Under the pieces are notes generated by a model. It did not search any database. It was not told the origin of the DNA and saw only the letters and a list, made by a program, of their open reading frames with translations. A stretch of 42,178 nt of DNA, from assembly GCA_030619735.1 (NCBI GenBank), contig JAUXAV010000001.1, positions 1 through 42,178 of the forward strand, in the 5' to 3' direction. Within the stretch, counting starts at the first letter, position 1. Every line of letters begins with the position of its first letter. Source of the stretch: Candidatus Aenigmatarchaeota archaeon (lineage in GTDB: Archaea > Aenigmatarchaeota > Aenigmatarchaeia > QMZP01 > JAUXAV01). This document shows, one piece after another, positions 9,331 to 19,518 of the stretch. The translations under genes were made by a program, and so were the position numbers.

Positions 9331-9670
9331 TAACCACATAGTCTACTGATTTGTCCCTTATGGTCTGTTCTGGGAAAAGCGAGGCATGCACGCCGCCCCA
9401 GACTACCGGCAGGTGAGGGTCCTTCTCCTTCACAATATCAGAGAGCCTCACGCCGTGGGCAATCTGGTCTGACATGGCTGTTATACCCACCATCTCTGTC
9501 TTGTTAATAAGGGATTTGAGAATGGATTCAGAATCCTCTATCTGGGAGTCAAGAATCCTTACCCTATGCCCTGCCCTGTGTAGAACCGTACCCAAATAAA
9601 GAAGGGACATGTAAAGGTTCACGGTTCCCTCCTCGCCCTTGGGGTTTATTATCGTTATATGCATCTGCAT
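9326..9670 (-). pseudogene. N-terminal (B12-binding domain) remnant of a class B radical SAM protein
   Basis: SLLYLGTVL..AG, VGITAM, VVWGGVHASLFPEQT...VDYVVR then breaks before the expected GEGE; no CxxxCxxC; the ORF tail to 9212 is rpoD-derived. Confidence 0.85.
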
Positions 9671-9756
9671 CTCCTATTAATCAAATATTAGTTAACTGCT
9701 GCAGAGATGTCTCTTGAAGTGTTACCTGTTTTATTGAGTAACCGGAGACAAGATAT
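9663..9756 (-). repeat. Structured dispersed element, copy 1
   Basis: Shares TCTGCATCTCCTATTAA, TGCAGAGATGTCTCTTG (9700-9716) and GGAGACAAGATAT with copy 2. Confidence 0.92.
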
Positions 9757-9819
9757 GCAGCCTCTATATATCAGCATATTTTTAAATAATATAAGCCAAT
9801 AACAAGAGTTGGTGGGATA

Positions 9820-11175
9820 ATGGAAAGGATACTGAAGATTTCTGATGAAATTTGTTCCTTTATAAGGAACAGAATACCCAACAGATATGGCTTGTTCAGG
9901 ACAGAGCAGTTTAATGGAAAGCTGGAGTGGGTAAGTAACCGGTGCGACCCTGACGATTTCGGGGATTTCGCACCATTCATGCTCTGGTTCGATAGGGTGG
10001 CAGGCAAGTCATCAAACACCAGATGGCTTGAAAGGCAGCTCGGGCTTCTCAACTCCCTGCTCAGGCAGAAGTCCGGTTTTTACTACCCCTTTTCTGATGG
10101 GAGGAGAAGAGTGAAACAGTCCAATATCTTTCCTGTCTACCCACAAAGCCACCTGGACCTTATCCTGGGGGTCAATATCATGTACAGGCTCACAAAAGAC
10201 AGGGCTTATCTGGAGATAAACAGGGGCCTTTGCGACGGGATTATAAGATATGCTATATCAAGAAGGGGTTTTGTGCACGGGGCCGTGATTCCTGGCCTGC
10301 ACCTGCATTTCCCTAGGCTCGGCTACCTGAGGTACAAACCCCAGGTCTCGGGCGTGTTCATAGAGGAATTGACGAACTTCTATGAGATATCCAGAAAGGA
10401 TGCTTACCTGGAGGCTGCAAAGAGAATGGCAAAGGCGTGGCTTAACACCAAAACCTTCATGAGGCACGGGCTCTTTGCAGACCAGGTCTATCCCCTCACA
10501 AACAGGGAGGTTAGCACTGCCAGGATATCAAAGGAGAACACTAATATGATATATGGCCTGATAAGGCTATATGAGATATCAGGTGAGGAATGGGTCAAGG
10601 GTGGTATCTTGAAGTGCCTGAAGGCCCTGGAGCTTTACAGGGATGCCCAAAAGGTATACCAGAAGGTCTTTGACACGAAACTGGACAGGATTGTTGACGG
10701 AAATGTCAGCATAACACACAACCATATGGTCCTGGGCGCCTTGATAGATGCCTATTTGGTGCTGAAGGACAGGAAATATCTTAAATCTGCAGAAGAGTCT
10801 GCTGATTTCTGGATAAGGACACAGTCAAAAAACGGACTTTTTTTGGGGTGCGAGAAAGGGCAGGAGAAATGGAACTATTGCAATATAGATTCGCACTCGG
10901 ATTTCATTGTTATACTTTCCAGGCTATACGGGCTGACAAAAAGGGAAAGATACATGCGGAGCATAAAAAAGGCTGCATATGCACTGGGTTTATTCAAATC
11001 AGGGGAGGTTTTTTATAAAATAGCGGATTATGAGACCGGGAATATTTTATGCCGGACGAATGAGCTTAAATTCCTGGGAGGGGCGCTCAAGGGTCTGCTG
11101 AGTGCATATACGGTTTTAAATAATGTTAAGAAAATAGATAAAGAGACCCTTAGGCTGCTGGTAAGGGACAGGTAA
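9820..11175 (+). CDS. Six-hairpin (alpha/alpha)6-barrel protein, glycosidase/epimerase-like, function unknown
   Basis: Five repeats of the Y-x-(L/I)-(T/S)-x-D-x-x-YL helical-hairpin pattern (YRLTKDRAYL, YEISRKDAYL, YEISGEEWV, YLVLKDRKYL, YGLTKRERYM). Confidence 0.6.
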   Translation: MERILKISDEICSFIRNRIPNRYGLFRTEQFNGKLEWVSNRCDPDDFGDFAPFMLWFDRVAGKSSNTRWLERQLGLLNSLLRQKSGFYYPFSDGRRRVKQSNIFPVYPQSHLDLILGVNIMYRLTKDRAYLEINRGLCDGIIRYAISRRGFVHGAVIPGLHLHFPRLGYLRYKPQVSGVFIEELTNFYEISRKDAYLEAAKRMAKAWLNTKTFMRHGLFADQVYPLTNREVSTARISKENTNMIYGLIRLYEISGEEWVKGGILKCLKALELYRDAQKVYQKVFDTKLDRIVDGNVSITHNHMVLGALIDAYLVLKDRKYLKSAEESADFWIRTQSKNGLFLGCEKGQEKWNYCNIDSHSDFIVILSRLYGLTKRERYMRSIKKAAYALGLFKSGEVFYKIADYETGNILCRTNELKFLGGALKGLLSAYTVLNNVKKIDKETLRLLVRDR

Positions 11176-11179
11176 TTGT

Positions 11180-11830
11180 ATGGATGTAATGGATGCCATA
11201 AAAAAGAGGAGGAGTGTGAGGAAATTCCTGGACAAGCCTGTGGAGGATGAGAAGGTAATGAGGCTTATAGAAGCTGCCAACTGGTGCCCTACTGCATCCA
11301 ATATGCAAGCATACAGGTTTATAATAATTAGTGACCAGAAACTGAAGGAGGAGCTGGTCCGGATTGGTGGTGCCAGTTTTATCAAGGATGCACCCCTGGG
11401 CATCCTGGTGGTATACAGTAATGAAACAGGGAATATTGAATACCAGGACTACATACAGAGCGCCTCTGCAGCAATCCAGAACATACTGCTGGCGGCATGT
11501 GATATGGGATTGGGGACCTGCTGGATATGCGACCTCCCACCAAAGGAAAGGCTGAGGGAGCTGCTGGGTATACCAAAGAATTATGACCCCATAGCATATA
11601 TTGCACTGGGCTATTATGATAAGCTGCCGGAGCCTGCGCCAAGGAAGCATGATATAGACGAGCTGATATCCTACAACAGCTTCGATTTCGAGGCGGGAAA
11701 GCAGAAATCCAGAAGGTTTATAGGCAGGATATACCAGAAGATAAAGCCTAGAAAAGATGACTACTGGTGCAGAAAATGCGGCCAGCTAATTGCAAATTGT
11801 AAATGTAAAAACAAGGGTAAGGGAAGCTGA
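11180..11830 (+). CDS. Nitroreductase family protein with a Cys-rich C-terminal extension
   Basis: IKKRRSVRKF, PTASNMQ, QNILLAA..MGLGTCWI; tail CRKC...CKC. Confidence 0.9.
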   Translation: MDVMDAIKKRRSVRKFLDKPVEDEKVMRLIEAANWCPTASNMQAYRFIIISDQKLKEELVRIGGASFIKDAPLGILVVYSNETGNIEYQDYIQSASAAIQNILLAACDMGLGTCWICDLPPKERLRELLGIPKNYDPIAYIALGYYDKLPEPAPRKHDIDELISYNSFDFEAGKQKSRRFIGRIYQKIKPRKDDYWCRKCGQLIANCKCKNKGKGS

Positions 11831-11897
11831 GACAAGAATTCATCATATATAACGCTTTTAAATTCTTTGGCATATATTAACCTAAAAGGTGACCTCT

Positions 11898-13178
11898 ATG
11901 AAGATTTCCATTGTGGGAACAGGATATGTTGGGCTCTGCACAGGTGTGGGTCTTGCTGTCAAGGGTCATAATGTGACATGCGTGGACATTGACAAGGAAA
12001 AGGTTGAGAAGATAAATACAGGCAAATCTCCCATTTATGAGCCAGGGCTCGGTGAAAACCTTGCCAGGGTCCTGAAAGAGGGCAGGTTCAGGGCAACAGG
12101 CGACATAAAGGGCGCAATCACAAACTCGGATGTCACGTTCATATCTGTCGGGACCCCCTCAAGGGAGGACGGTTCCATAGACCTGAAATATATAAAGCAG
12201 GCCTCAAGGAATATAGGAAATGTGCTCAGAGAGAAACAGGGCTGGCACGTGGTTGTTGTGAAATCCACTGTTATTCCTGGAACCACCGAAGGGGTTGTAA
12301 AGAAAAACCTGGAAGAGGCATCGGGAAAGAAGGCAGGGAAGGATTTTGGCCTCTGTATGAACCCCGAATTCCTGAGGGAGGGAAAAGCATTAGAGGGCTT
12401 CCTGAACCCGGACAGGGTTGTGATAGGGGAGCTGGACAAAAAATCAGGGGACCCTGTTGCTGGCCTTTACGAGGGATTCCGGGCGCCGGTCATGAGGACC
12501 GGGATAAAAACAGCAGAGATGATAAAGTATGCAAGCAATGCCCTGCTGGCCACAAAAATAAGCTTCATAAACGAGATAGGGAACATATGCAAGAAGCTGG
12601 GCATTGACACCTATGATGTTGCAAAGGGCATGGGAATGGACAAGAGGATTTCACCCCAGTTCCTGCAGTCAGGGCTTGGTTGGGGGGGTTCCTGCTTTTT
12701 GAAAGATGTCGCCGCGATAGTGGCAAAGGGCAAGGAACTGGGATGTATGGCAGGCCTGCTTGAAAGTGTAATAAAAGTGAACGAGGAACAGCCGGGGGTT
12801 TTACTTAAGCTGGCAGAGGGGAAAGCAGGTTCTGTTCAGGGTAAGACCATTGCTGTATTGGGGCTGGCATTCAAGCCAGATTCTGATGACATAAGGGAGT
12901 CAAGGTCCATACCCCTGATAAAGGCGCTCAGGAAGAAGGGTGCCAATATTGTTGTTTATGACCCAAAGGCAATGGAAAACATGAAGGTATTCTTCCCTGA
13001 TATAGAATATGCAGGGTCTGCAAAAGAGGCTGTTGGTAAAGCGGAAATCGTTCTGATTGCAACAGGCTGGGAGGAGTTCAAGGATCCGGAATTGTATGGG
13101 AATAAGATTGTAATAGACGGGAGGAATATATTTAAGGATGGGAAGAAACTGGATAATTATGAGGGGCTTTGCTGGTGA
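11898..13178 (+). CDS. ugd: UDP-glucose/GDP-mannose 6-dehydrogenase
   Basis: GTGYVG, VGTP, KSTV.PGT, NPEFLREG, GGSC catalytic Cys, GLAFKP.SDD.RES; GGTGA RBS before ATG 11898. Confidence 0.95.
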   Translation: MKISIVGTGYVGLCTGVGLAVKGHNVTCVDIDKEKVEKINTGKSPIYEPGLGENLARVLKEGRFRATGDIKGAITNSDVTFISVGTPSREDGSIDLKYIKQASRNIGNVLREKQGWHVVVVKSTVIPGTTEGVVKKNLEEASGKKAGKDFGLCMNPEFLREGKALEGFLNPDRVVIGELDKKSGDPVAGLYEGFRAPVMRTGIKTAEMIKYASNALLATKISFINEIGNICKKLGIDTYDVAKGMGMDKRISPQFLQSGLGWGGSCFLKDVAAIVAKGKELGCMAGLLESVIKVNEEQPGVLLKLAEGKAGSVQGKTIAVLGLAFKPDSDDIRESRSIPLIKALRKKGANIVVYDPKAMENMKVFFPDIEYAGSAKEAVGKAEIVLIATGWEEFKDPELYGNKIVIDGRNIFKDGKKLDNYEGLCW

Positions 13179-13193
13179 AAATTTATCAGAATG

Positions 13194-14666
13194 TTAATTT
13201 TGTTTTAACCTGTTTAGGGTATATACCTTTACAATTTTGTGCATTATTCTGCTGAAAAAGCTGCTCTTATTTGCATACCTTTGCTGCAGCCAGCTGAGCA
13301 TGGGAAGCTCAATGGGAAAGGAAAAATTCCTGTTTGACAATCTCCATTGAGGGATATTGCTTATTATTGGAATATTAAGATGCCTGAGTGCAATTATTTG
13401 GGAATACTTTCTTATCATATAGAAATTCCTTGCCTTCTTTTCGCTGTCCTTGCCAGACATCCATACAGGGTCTATTATGTTTTTCCACCTGTCCAGAAGA
13501 TACCAGTCTTCTGTTCTCTTTGGCTGGTTGAACCCCCTCTTTACAGCCAGGTCATACAAATCTGTTCCGGGGTAAGGCAGATACATGCCGATTGTATATC
13601 CAATCCTCGGATGAATTTCCGATAGCCGTAAAATAATGTCAATTGTCTTTCCGATTTCTTTCCATGTTTCTGTAGGCAAACCTATTAGAAAAGAGGCGCT
13701 GATATAGATATCCTTGTATTCTGACAATGTCTTGATTCCTTCTACAATATCCTTTGTAGTGAACTGTTTATTGATTAATCTTAAGACTTTATCGCTTCCT
13801 GATTCCAGACCGAAAAATAACCCTCTGCACTGTATATTTCTGAATTTATCAAGCATCTGCCTGGATATGTCCTTTATATTTGTGCCAACCTCCCAGGGAA
13901 GGTCTATTGCCGTGAGAATTTCCATTGCCCTTTTCGGATTTGAAAAGAAATTATCATCATAGAATCCTATCCCGTCAATGCCATGTTCATCTTTGAGCCT
14001 TTGTATTTCAGATATAACAAAATCTATTGAATGGGCTCTCCATATTCCCATGTTAAATCTCTTGTTGTAGCAGAATGTGCAGTTGTACGGACACCCTCTT
14101 GATGTTATAAATTTTATAACCCTTTTGCAATCCCATAAAGACAGATAATATTTTTTTATATCCACCAAATCCCAGTCCAGCCTGTAATCATCAAGATTCT
14201 TTATCAAGGGTCTTTGTTCTGTAAAAACCAATTTACCATTCTTTTTATATCCAATGCCCTTTACATCCTTGAAGCCCCTGCCCCTCTCTATTGCCTTTGC
14301 TAGCTCAACTATGGCTTCTTCCCCCTCCCCAGAAATAATGAAATCAATATATTTTTCACCCAGGGTCTGCTCAGGGACCAGAGATGGGTGTATGCCGCCC
14401 CATACTATTGGGATATTGCTTAATTTTCTAATCTCCCTTGACATCTGGGCTGAAAACCTTGTCTGGTTCCCTGTGAATACCGAGATGCCCACAAACAGGG
14501 GGTCCTTTCTAATTATACGCCTGGCACAACTTTCTATCTGGTCTGAGGGGCAATGAAAAACCTGAACATCATAACCTGCCTTTTTCAATGCATCACCCAG
14601 GTACAGCAGACTCAGTGGCGGGATGTTCATGTATTCTGGTGTGCTTATGTTTGTAAGCGCTATCAT
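13194..14666 (-). CDS. Cobalamin-binding radical SAM protein (class B methyltransferase-like)
   Basis: PLSLLYL, WGGIHPS, GEGE, TSRGCPYNCTFC, DDNF, GLESGS, PYPGT. Confidence 0.92.
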   Translation of the reverse strand: MIALTNISTPEYMNIPPLSLLYLGDALKKAGYDVQVFHCPSDQIESCARRIIRKDPLFVGISVFTGNQTRFSAQMSREIRKLSNIPIVWGGIHPSLVPEQTLGEKYIDFIISGEGEEAIVELAKAIERGRGFKDVKGIGYKKNGKLVFTEQRPLIKNLDDYRLDWDLVDIKKYYLSLWDCKRVIKFITSRGCPYNCTFCYNKRFNMGIWRAHSIDFVISEIQRLKDEHGIDGIGFYDDNFFSNPKRAMEILTAIDLPWEVGTNIKDISRQMLDKFRNIQCRGLFFGLESGSDKVLRLINKQFTTKDIVEGIKTLSEYKDIYISASFLIGLPTETWKEIGKTIDIILRLSEIHPRIGYTIGMYLPYPGTDLYDLAVKRGFNQPKRTEDWYLLDRWKNIIDPVWMSGKDSEKKARNFYMIRKYSQIIALRHLNIPIISNIPQWRLSNRNFSFPIELPMLSWLQQRYANKSSFFSRIMHKIVKVYTLNRLKQN

Positions 14667-14913
14667 ACCTAATCACTACAAAAGGATTTGACCGTATGCT
14701 TTATATTCTTTAATCCCAAAATGCAGTTGTTGCAGCTTGTCAGGTATTTAAAATACTGTGTTTAATTATATTAAATTAGTTAGAAGGCCCCACAGACCAC
14801 TTCAAGCTGCGATACTAATAAAAACCTTCTATTGCTTAATTTCATAATCAACATAAAATAAATAATACAAAGCCATATATAATATCCAGGCAAAGAAAAA
14901 GGAGGAGAAGTAG

Positions 14914-15750
14914 ATGACAGATGATATAATTGGTCTGGTCCCTGCAGCAGGAGAGGGAACAAGGCTCTACCCCTTTGCAAGGGCGGTTCCAAAAGAGATG
15001 TACCCCATCCTGGGCAAGGCCGTGATAGAGCACTGTATAGAGAACCTGAGGGAAGGTGGAGTCAGGAAGATATTCATAATCGTGGGCAGGCAGAAGGGAG
15101 CCTTAATGGACTATATCGGCGATGGCAGTTTTTTCGGTGTCAATGTATCATATATATACCAGCTCAAGAGGATGGGCCTCGGCCATGCAATACTGCAGGG
15201 TAGTGAATGGATTAAGAACCCCTTCGTGGTCCTGCTCGGGGATTCCTTCATAGAGCCCAAGAAGGAGATGAAGGAGCTCATAGACCTCCACAAAAGGGAG
15301 AAGCCCATTGCAACAGTTATGCTTTTTGAGGTTGACAGCCCTAAAGGATACGGTATTGTAAAGCTTTCGGATTTGAAGGACGGATACGGTACTGTTGAAA
15401 AGCTTGTGGAGAAGCCCTCAGATGAGGAGGCAAAGGAATATAGAACTGGAGGCAAATTCTATGCACTGTGCGGCGCATATGCCTTTGAGCCGGAAATATT
15501 CAACTATATCAGGGAAACAAATCCGGGGGCAAAGGGTGAAATCCAGATAACAGACTCCCTGGAGCTTGCAAGAAGGAAGGGGGAAAGTATCTTGGGTTTT
15601 GTGATGAAGGGAAAATATCTGGACATAGGCAACTGGGATAGCGTCCTCAAGACAGAAAAGGAACTGCTCTCCTCTTCTGATGCTGAAAAGCATATAAAAG
15701 AAAGGGAAGAAATGATGGATAAGATAAAAATGAAAGAGAAGGAGGGTTGA
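14914..15750 (+). CDS. Glucose-1-phosphate uridylyl/thymidylyltransferase
   Basis: PAAGEGTRLYP...VPKEM, GLGHA, LGD, VEKP, GEIQITD, DIG. Confidence 0.9.
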   Translation: MTDDIIGLVPAAGEGTRLYPFARAVPKEMYPILGKAVIEHCIENLREGGVRKIFIIVGRQKGALMDYIGDGSFFGVNVSYIYQLKRMGLGHAILQGSEWIKNPFVVLLGDSFIEPKKEMKELIDLHKREKPIATVMLFEVDSPKGYGIVKLSDLKDGYGTVEKLVEKPSDEEAKEYRTGGKFYALCGAYAFEPEIFNYIRETNPGAKGEIQITDSLELARRKGESILGFVMKGKYLDIGNWDSVLKTEKELLSSSDAEKHIKEREEMMDKIKMKEKEG

Positions 15751-15751
15751 C

Positions 15752-16681
15752 ATGAAGACATGTCTTGTAACAGGAGGGGCAGGTTTTATTGGTTCACATC
15801 TTTGCAGGAACCTTCTGAAGAAGGGATATAGGGTTATATGTATTGATAATTTATGTACGGGCTCCAGAAAAAACATTTCTGGTTTAAAGGGAAACTTTGA
15901 GTTCATCGAGAAGGATGTCAAGGAGGGGTTTGAGGTTAAGGGACACATGGATTTTATCTTCCATCTCGCCTCAAGGGCCAGCCCTCTGGATTTCACAAAA
16001 TATCCCATTGATATCCTTCTGACGAATTCCATAGGAACATATAATGTGCTGAAGCTTGCCATGGAGAAAAAGGCAAGGTTTCTGCTTGCCTCCACCAGTG
16101 AGGTTTATGGAAATCCCTTGGAGCATCCCCAGAAGGAGACATACTTTGGCAATGTCAATTCCTTGGGACCAAGATCATGCTATGATGAAAGCAAGAGGTT
16201 TGCAGAGTCCCTGACCATGAATTTTCATAAAAAGTTTGGGGTCGATGTAAGGATTGCCAGGATATTCAACTGCTTTGGGGAATCCATGAAGGCGGATGAT
16301 GGTAGGGTCATCCCGAATTTCATAAACCAGGCACTAAAGGGTAAGGATATAACCATATACGGGATAGGGAAGCAGACAAGGTCCTTCTGCTATGTATCTG
16401 ATATGGTTGAGGGTCTTGAGAAGCTCATGTTCTCCAAACATAATGGCATGGTGTTTAACCTTGGCTCACCGAATGAGTTGAGCATAATTGAGGTTGCCAA
16501 TCTTATAAAGGGGCTTATGGGTTCTGATTCCGAAATCGTATTCAAGGAGGCTCTTGAGAACGATCCTGAGAGAAGGGAGCCCGATATCTCTAGGGCAAGG
16601 AAGCTTCTTGATTGGGAGCCAAAGGTTAGTTTTGAAGAGGGGTTAAAGAAGACTATTGAGTATTTCAGGGAGGGAAAATGA
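15752..16681 (+). CDS. UDP-glucuronate decarboxylase (UDP-xylose synthase)-like SDR
   Basis: GGAGFIGS, HLASRASP, STSEVYG, YFGNVNSLGPRSCYDESKRFAE, DDGRVIPNF. Confidence 0.9.
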   Translation: MKTCLVTGGAGFIGSHLCRNLLKKGYRVICIDNLCTGSRKNISGLKGNFEFIEKDVKEGFEVKGHMDFIFHLASRASPLDFTKYPIDILLTNSIGTYNVLKLAMEKKARFLLASTSEVYGNPLEHPQKETYFGNVNSLGPRSCYDESKRFAESLTMNFHKKFGVDVRIARIFNCFGESMKADDGRVIPNFINQALKGKDITIYGIGKQTRSFCYVSDMVEGLEKLMFSKHNGMVFNLGSPNELSIIEVANLIKGLMGSDSEIVFKEALENDPERREPDISRARKLLDWEPKVSFEEGLKKTIEYFREGK

Positions 16682-16764
16682 AGGTCCTTGGCTGGGAACC
16701 AAGGATTTGGTTTGAGGAAGGCCTTAAAGGGCTGATAGAATATATAAAGAAGCGCGGGAATTAG
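16678..16764 (+). pseudogene. Collapsed NAD-dependent epimerase: first and last codons only (MKVLGWEPRIWFEEGLKGLIEYIKKRGN)
   Basis: ATG overlaps the upstream stop (ATGA); LGWEP...EEGL...IEY is the SDR C-terminus seen in the neighbours. Confidence 0.75.
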
Positions 16765-17694
16765 TTATGGTTTCTGTTCCCTAAACCATTTAATATGCTC
16801 CCTGAGCCCTGATTCTATGCTGTATTTTGGTTCATAGCCAAGCTCATTCCTCGCCAGGGTTATGTCAGCAAGCGTGTCCTGGACATCACCTGGCTGCATT
16901 TTCTTTAATATAACCTTGGTCTTGCCCACTAGCCTGAAGATTATCTCGACTAATTCCTTTACACTGATGCTCCTTCCTGAGCCAATATTGTATAATCCAG
17001 GCTTTTCATTAAGCGCTAAGATGTTGGCATCTACGACATCCTTAACATATGTAAAATCCCTTGTCTGCTTTCCGTCTCCGTATATCTCTATGGGCTTACC
17101 TGCAAGTATGTTACATATGAATTTGCATATCGCCTCATCAGGTCTCTGTCTGGGGCCGTATACCGTAAAGTACCTGAGTATAGTGAGATTGAATCCGTAG
17201 AGCTTACCGAACGTATTGCACCAGGCCTCTCCCTGGAACTTTGAGAGGCTGTAGGGGGATATTGGCATGGGTTTTCTCTTCTCTGACACAGGCAGCCCTT
17301 CCCTTGGAACCTCCCCGTATATTGATGAAGAGGATGCATAAATAAATTTATTTGTGTCCCTGAATGCCTCAAGGAGATTGATGGTTCCTAGGACATTGGT
17401 TGTGAAATACTTCAGGGGATTCTTTATGGAGCTCCTGACACCTGCCATTGCTGCCTGATGGTTTACTATATCCACTCTACCAACCTTCTTGAAAATGGAT
17501 TTATTCAGTATAGAACCGAATATGAATTTGAAGTCCTTGTTTTGCTTAAGGATTTCCAGGTTTTTCTTTTTCAGCTCAGGGGAATAATAGGGGTCAAGAT
17601 TATCTATTCCAACAACTTCATGGCCCTGCTTAAGAATCTCTTCTGCTACATGGGAGCCTATGAATCCTGCACAACCTGTGACAAGCACTCGCAT
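16765..17694 (-). CDS. NAD-dependent epimerase, UDP-glucuronate 4-epimerase-like
   Basis: GCAGFIG, DNLDPYY...LK, AAMAGVR.S, SPYSLSK, YFTVYGPRQRPD, QPGDV. Confidence 0.88.
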   Translation of the reverse strand: MRVLVTGCAGFIGSHVAEEILKQGHEVVGIDNLDPYYSPELKKKNLEILKQNKDFKFIFGSILNKSIFKKVGRVDIVNHQAAMAGVRSSIKNPLKYFTTNVLGTINLLEAFRDTNKFIYASSSSIYGEVPREGLPVSEKRKPMPISPYSLSKFQGEAWCNTFGKLYGFNLTILRYFTVYGPRQRPDEAICKFICNILAGKPIEIYGDGKQTRDFTYVKDVVDANILALNEKPGLYNIGSGRSISVKELVEIIFRLVGKTKVILKKMQPGDVQDTLADITLARNELGYEPKYSIESGLREHIKWFREQKP

Positions 17695-17730
17695 ATTTAC
17701 ACCCTATCTTCTTTAAAGCAATTATTATAT

Positions 17731-19299
17731 TTATTGGCTTACTTCATAGATTATGAAGATTCTCTGCTCGTCTCTATATATTTCCTTGGCTTTTTTAAAC
17801 CTGGAATCATTCTCAATTTCATTGTATGGTTCTGAGCGAAATGTGTAATCTGGTGGTATTCTGCCGTTACAGTATGGCCTTTTTACAAACGGTATTTCGA
17901 AGGGGCCAAACTTTGGATGAAAGTATGCAGTGACCCCAGACTCCTCGTAATCGTAATAAATCGATATAACAACATAATCCACCCCGTTATTCTTAAACCA
18001 ATTATAATCGAACAATTTGTAGATTGTATAATTCCCCGATTTCCTTATATTGAAATATTCCAAATAATCAGGATGGCTTATATTAATCAATATATTCATA
18101 AATTTGTCAAATTCCATTTTTTTGCCATTAAACTCTGTGTATCGTGGCACGGAAAGTATGTTCTTCGTTGTGGTTGACTTTAAGTAGTATGGTAAGTATT
18201 CAGTGGCTATGGTGATATCCCCTTCAATAGAGTTTATATATTTCGATAGCTCTTCTGTGCCCCATAAACTTTTCTCTTCCAGGTCTATTAAATAAACAGT
18301 GTTCATGAATGATGCTAAAACAAGGACAGAGAAAATGCCGTAAACTAATCTTTTGTCTAGTTTACTCTGTGCTGCAACGAACCCTTTCGATGCGAATATG
18401 GCAAAAATTGGGATTAAAAGAGAAAGATATCTTAGTCTTAAATGCCCTGACCAGATGAAAAAACCAGTATACATCAATAAGCATATTAAGAAAAACACGC
18501 CTTTTTTTTCATTCCTTACAAACAACATGCCTAAGATTGAAAATAACAGCGTTGGTACAAAAACGAATTTTGTCAACTCGGATATATTCCATGGTGATAT
18601 AAAGAATGTTAGTTGTCTTGTTACAAGAATGTTTGCTCCGGAAAATATACTAAAAAACAAATAAGCAAGAACAAATATGATGGGAACTAAAGCTGCCGAA
18701 ATGATAAATTCTTTTGATATAAAGATTCTGGGCTTCTTTCTGTACAGGACGTAAATCAAGAGGGGAATTAAAAAAATTATTATGTTGAATTTAAGAAGCA
18801 TCCCAAGAGAAAGGGATAATGCTGAAAACAAGAAATACTTTTTATCCCTTTCTACACCTAAGTAGAAATTAAATATAAAGAGTGCCGAAAAAACCGCCAA
18901 AGGTATATCAGTCAATACCGATAGTCCCCACCTCCAAAAAAAGGGGAACGTAAAAATGAAGATGGTTGATAAAAAGGCCTCTTTTTTCCCATAAATTTTC
19001 CTTACGTAAAAATACGTGACCAAAAGTAGGAGATTCATAAAAATTATTGGTATGAGAATTCTGGCACCATTAATCCCAATACCTGATAATATGGATAATG
19101 AAATAATAGAGGGGATAAAAGGTAGTCTGTGAGTGAAATCATCCGGGTATTCTCCGATTAGAATGGATTTCCCGACAAATATATAATTAGTCTCGTCTGG
19201 ACTAAGTGAATTAAGATCCATAAAAATCGGGATAAGTATTGTTGTGAGCAATAAAACAGTAAGAATAAACATTAATTCATTTCTTTTGATATTTTTCAT
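17731..19299 (-). CDS. GT-C membrane glycosyltransferase (ArnT/PMT-like)
   Basis: N-terminal TM then PDE motif, HR.P, many TM segments, soluble C-terminal domain; ATG 19299 preferred (ORF extends to 19335). Confidence 0.8.
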   Translation of the reverse strand: MKNIKRNELMFILTVLLLTTILIPIFMDLNSLSPDETNYIFVGKSILIGEYPDDFTHRLPFIPSIISLSILSGIGINGARILIPIIFMNLLLLVTYFYVRKIYGKKEAFLSTIFIFTFPFFWRWGLSVLTDIPLAVFSALFIFNFYLGVERDKKYFLFSALSLSLGMLLKFNIIIFLIPLLIYVLYRKKPRIFISKEFIISAALVPIIFVLAYLFFSIFSGANILVTRQLTFFISPWNISELTKFVFVPTLLFSILGMLFVRNEKKGVFFLICLLMYTGFFIWSGHLRLRYLSLLIPIFAIFASKGFVAAQSKLDKRLVYGIFSVLVLASFMNTVYLIDLEEKSLWGTEELSKYINSIEGDITIATEYLPYYLKSTTTKNILSVPRYTEFNGKKMEFDKFMNILINISHPDYLEYFNIRKSGNYTIYKLFDYNWFKNNGVDYVVISIYYDYEESGVTAYFHPKFGPFEIPFVKRPYCNGRIPPDYTFRSEPYNEIENDSRFKKAKEIYRDEQRIFIIYEVSQ

Positions 19300-19518
19300 A
19301 ATTTTTGATTGCACTTCTGACACCTCATACTTCACAAAGTGAAATATAAATGGACATCAAGGAATTGACACATATATAGACTTTAATAGAATAATTAGTA
19401 GGCGGCAATATAAATCTTCCTCAACCGGCACAATTCTATGCCAAGCTCCAATACACAGTTAATTATTTATACCCAGTAGTTGAAATAAATCTATCTATAA
19501 TAAGTTTTGGTAATTTGA

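Noticed and set aside
9212..9670. 152-aa ORF as an intact stand-alone B12-binding protein
   Set aside because: It breaks before GEGE, and its tail is frameshifted rpoD sequence
9663..9756. Element read as a mini-CRISPR array (conserved blocks separated by ~27-nt variable segments)
   Set aside because: The three blocks are not direct repeats of one another, the variable parts are hairpins related between copies, and there are no cas genes
11829..11837. GAGACAAGA matching the element terminus just after the nitroreductase stop
   Set aside because: Only 9 bp with no core or second terminus; compatible with chance
14780..14880. Inverted repeat TAGAAGG/CCTTCTA and short hydrophobic minus-strand ORFs in the divergent intergenic region
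   Set aside because: The stem is short and single-copy, and no protein family is recognisable
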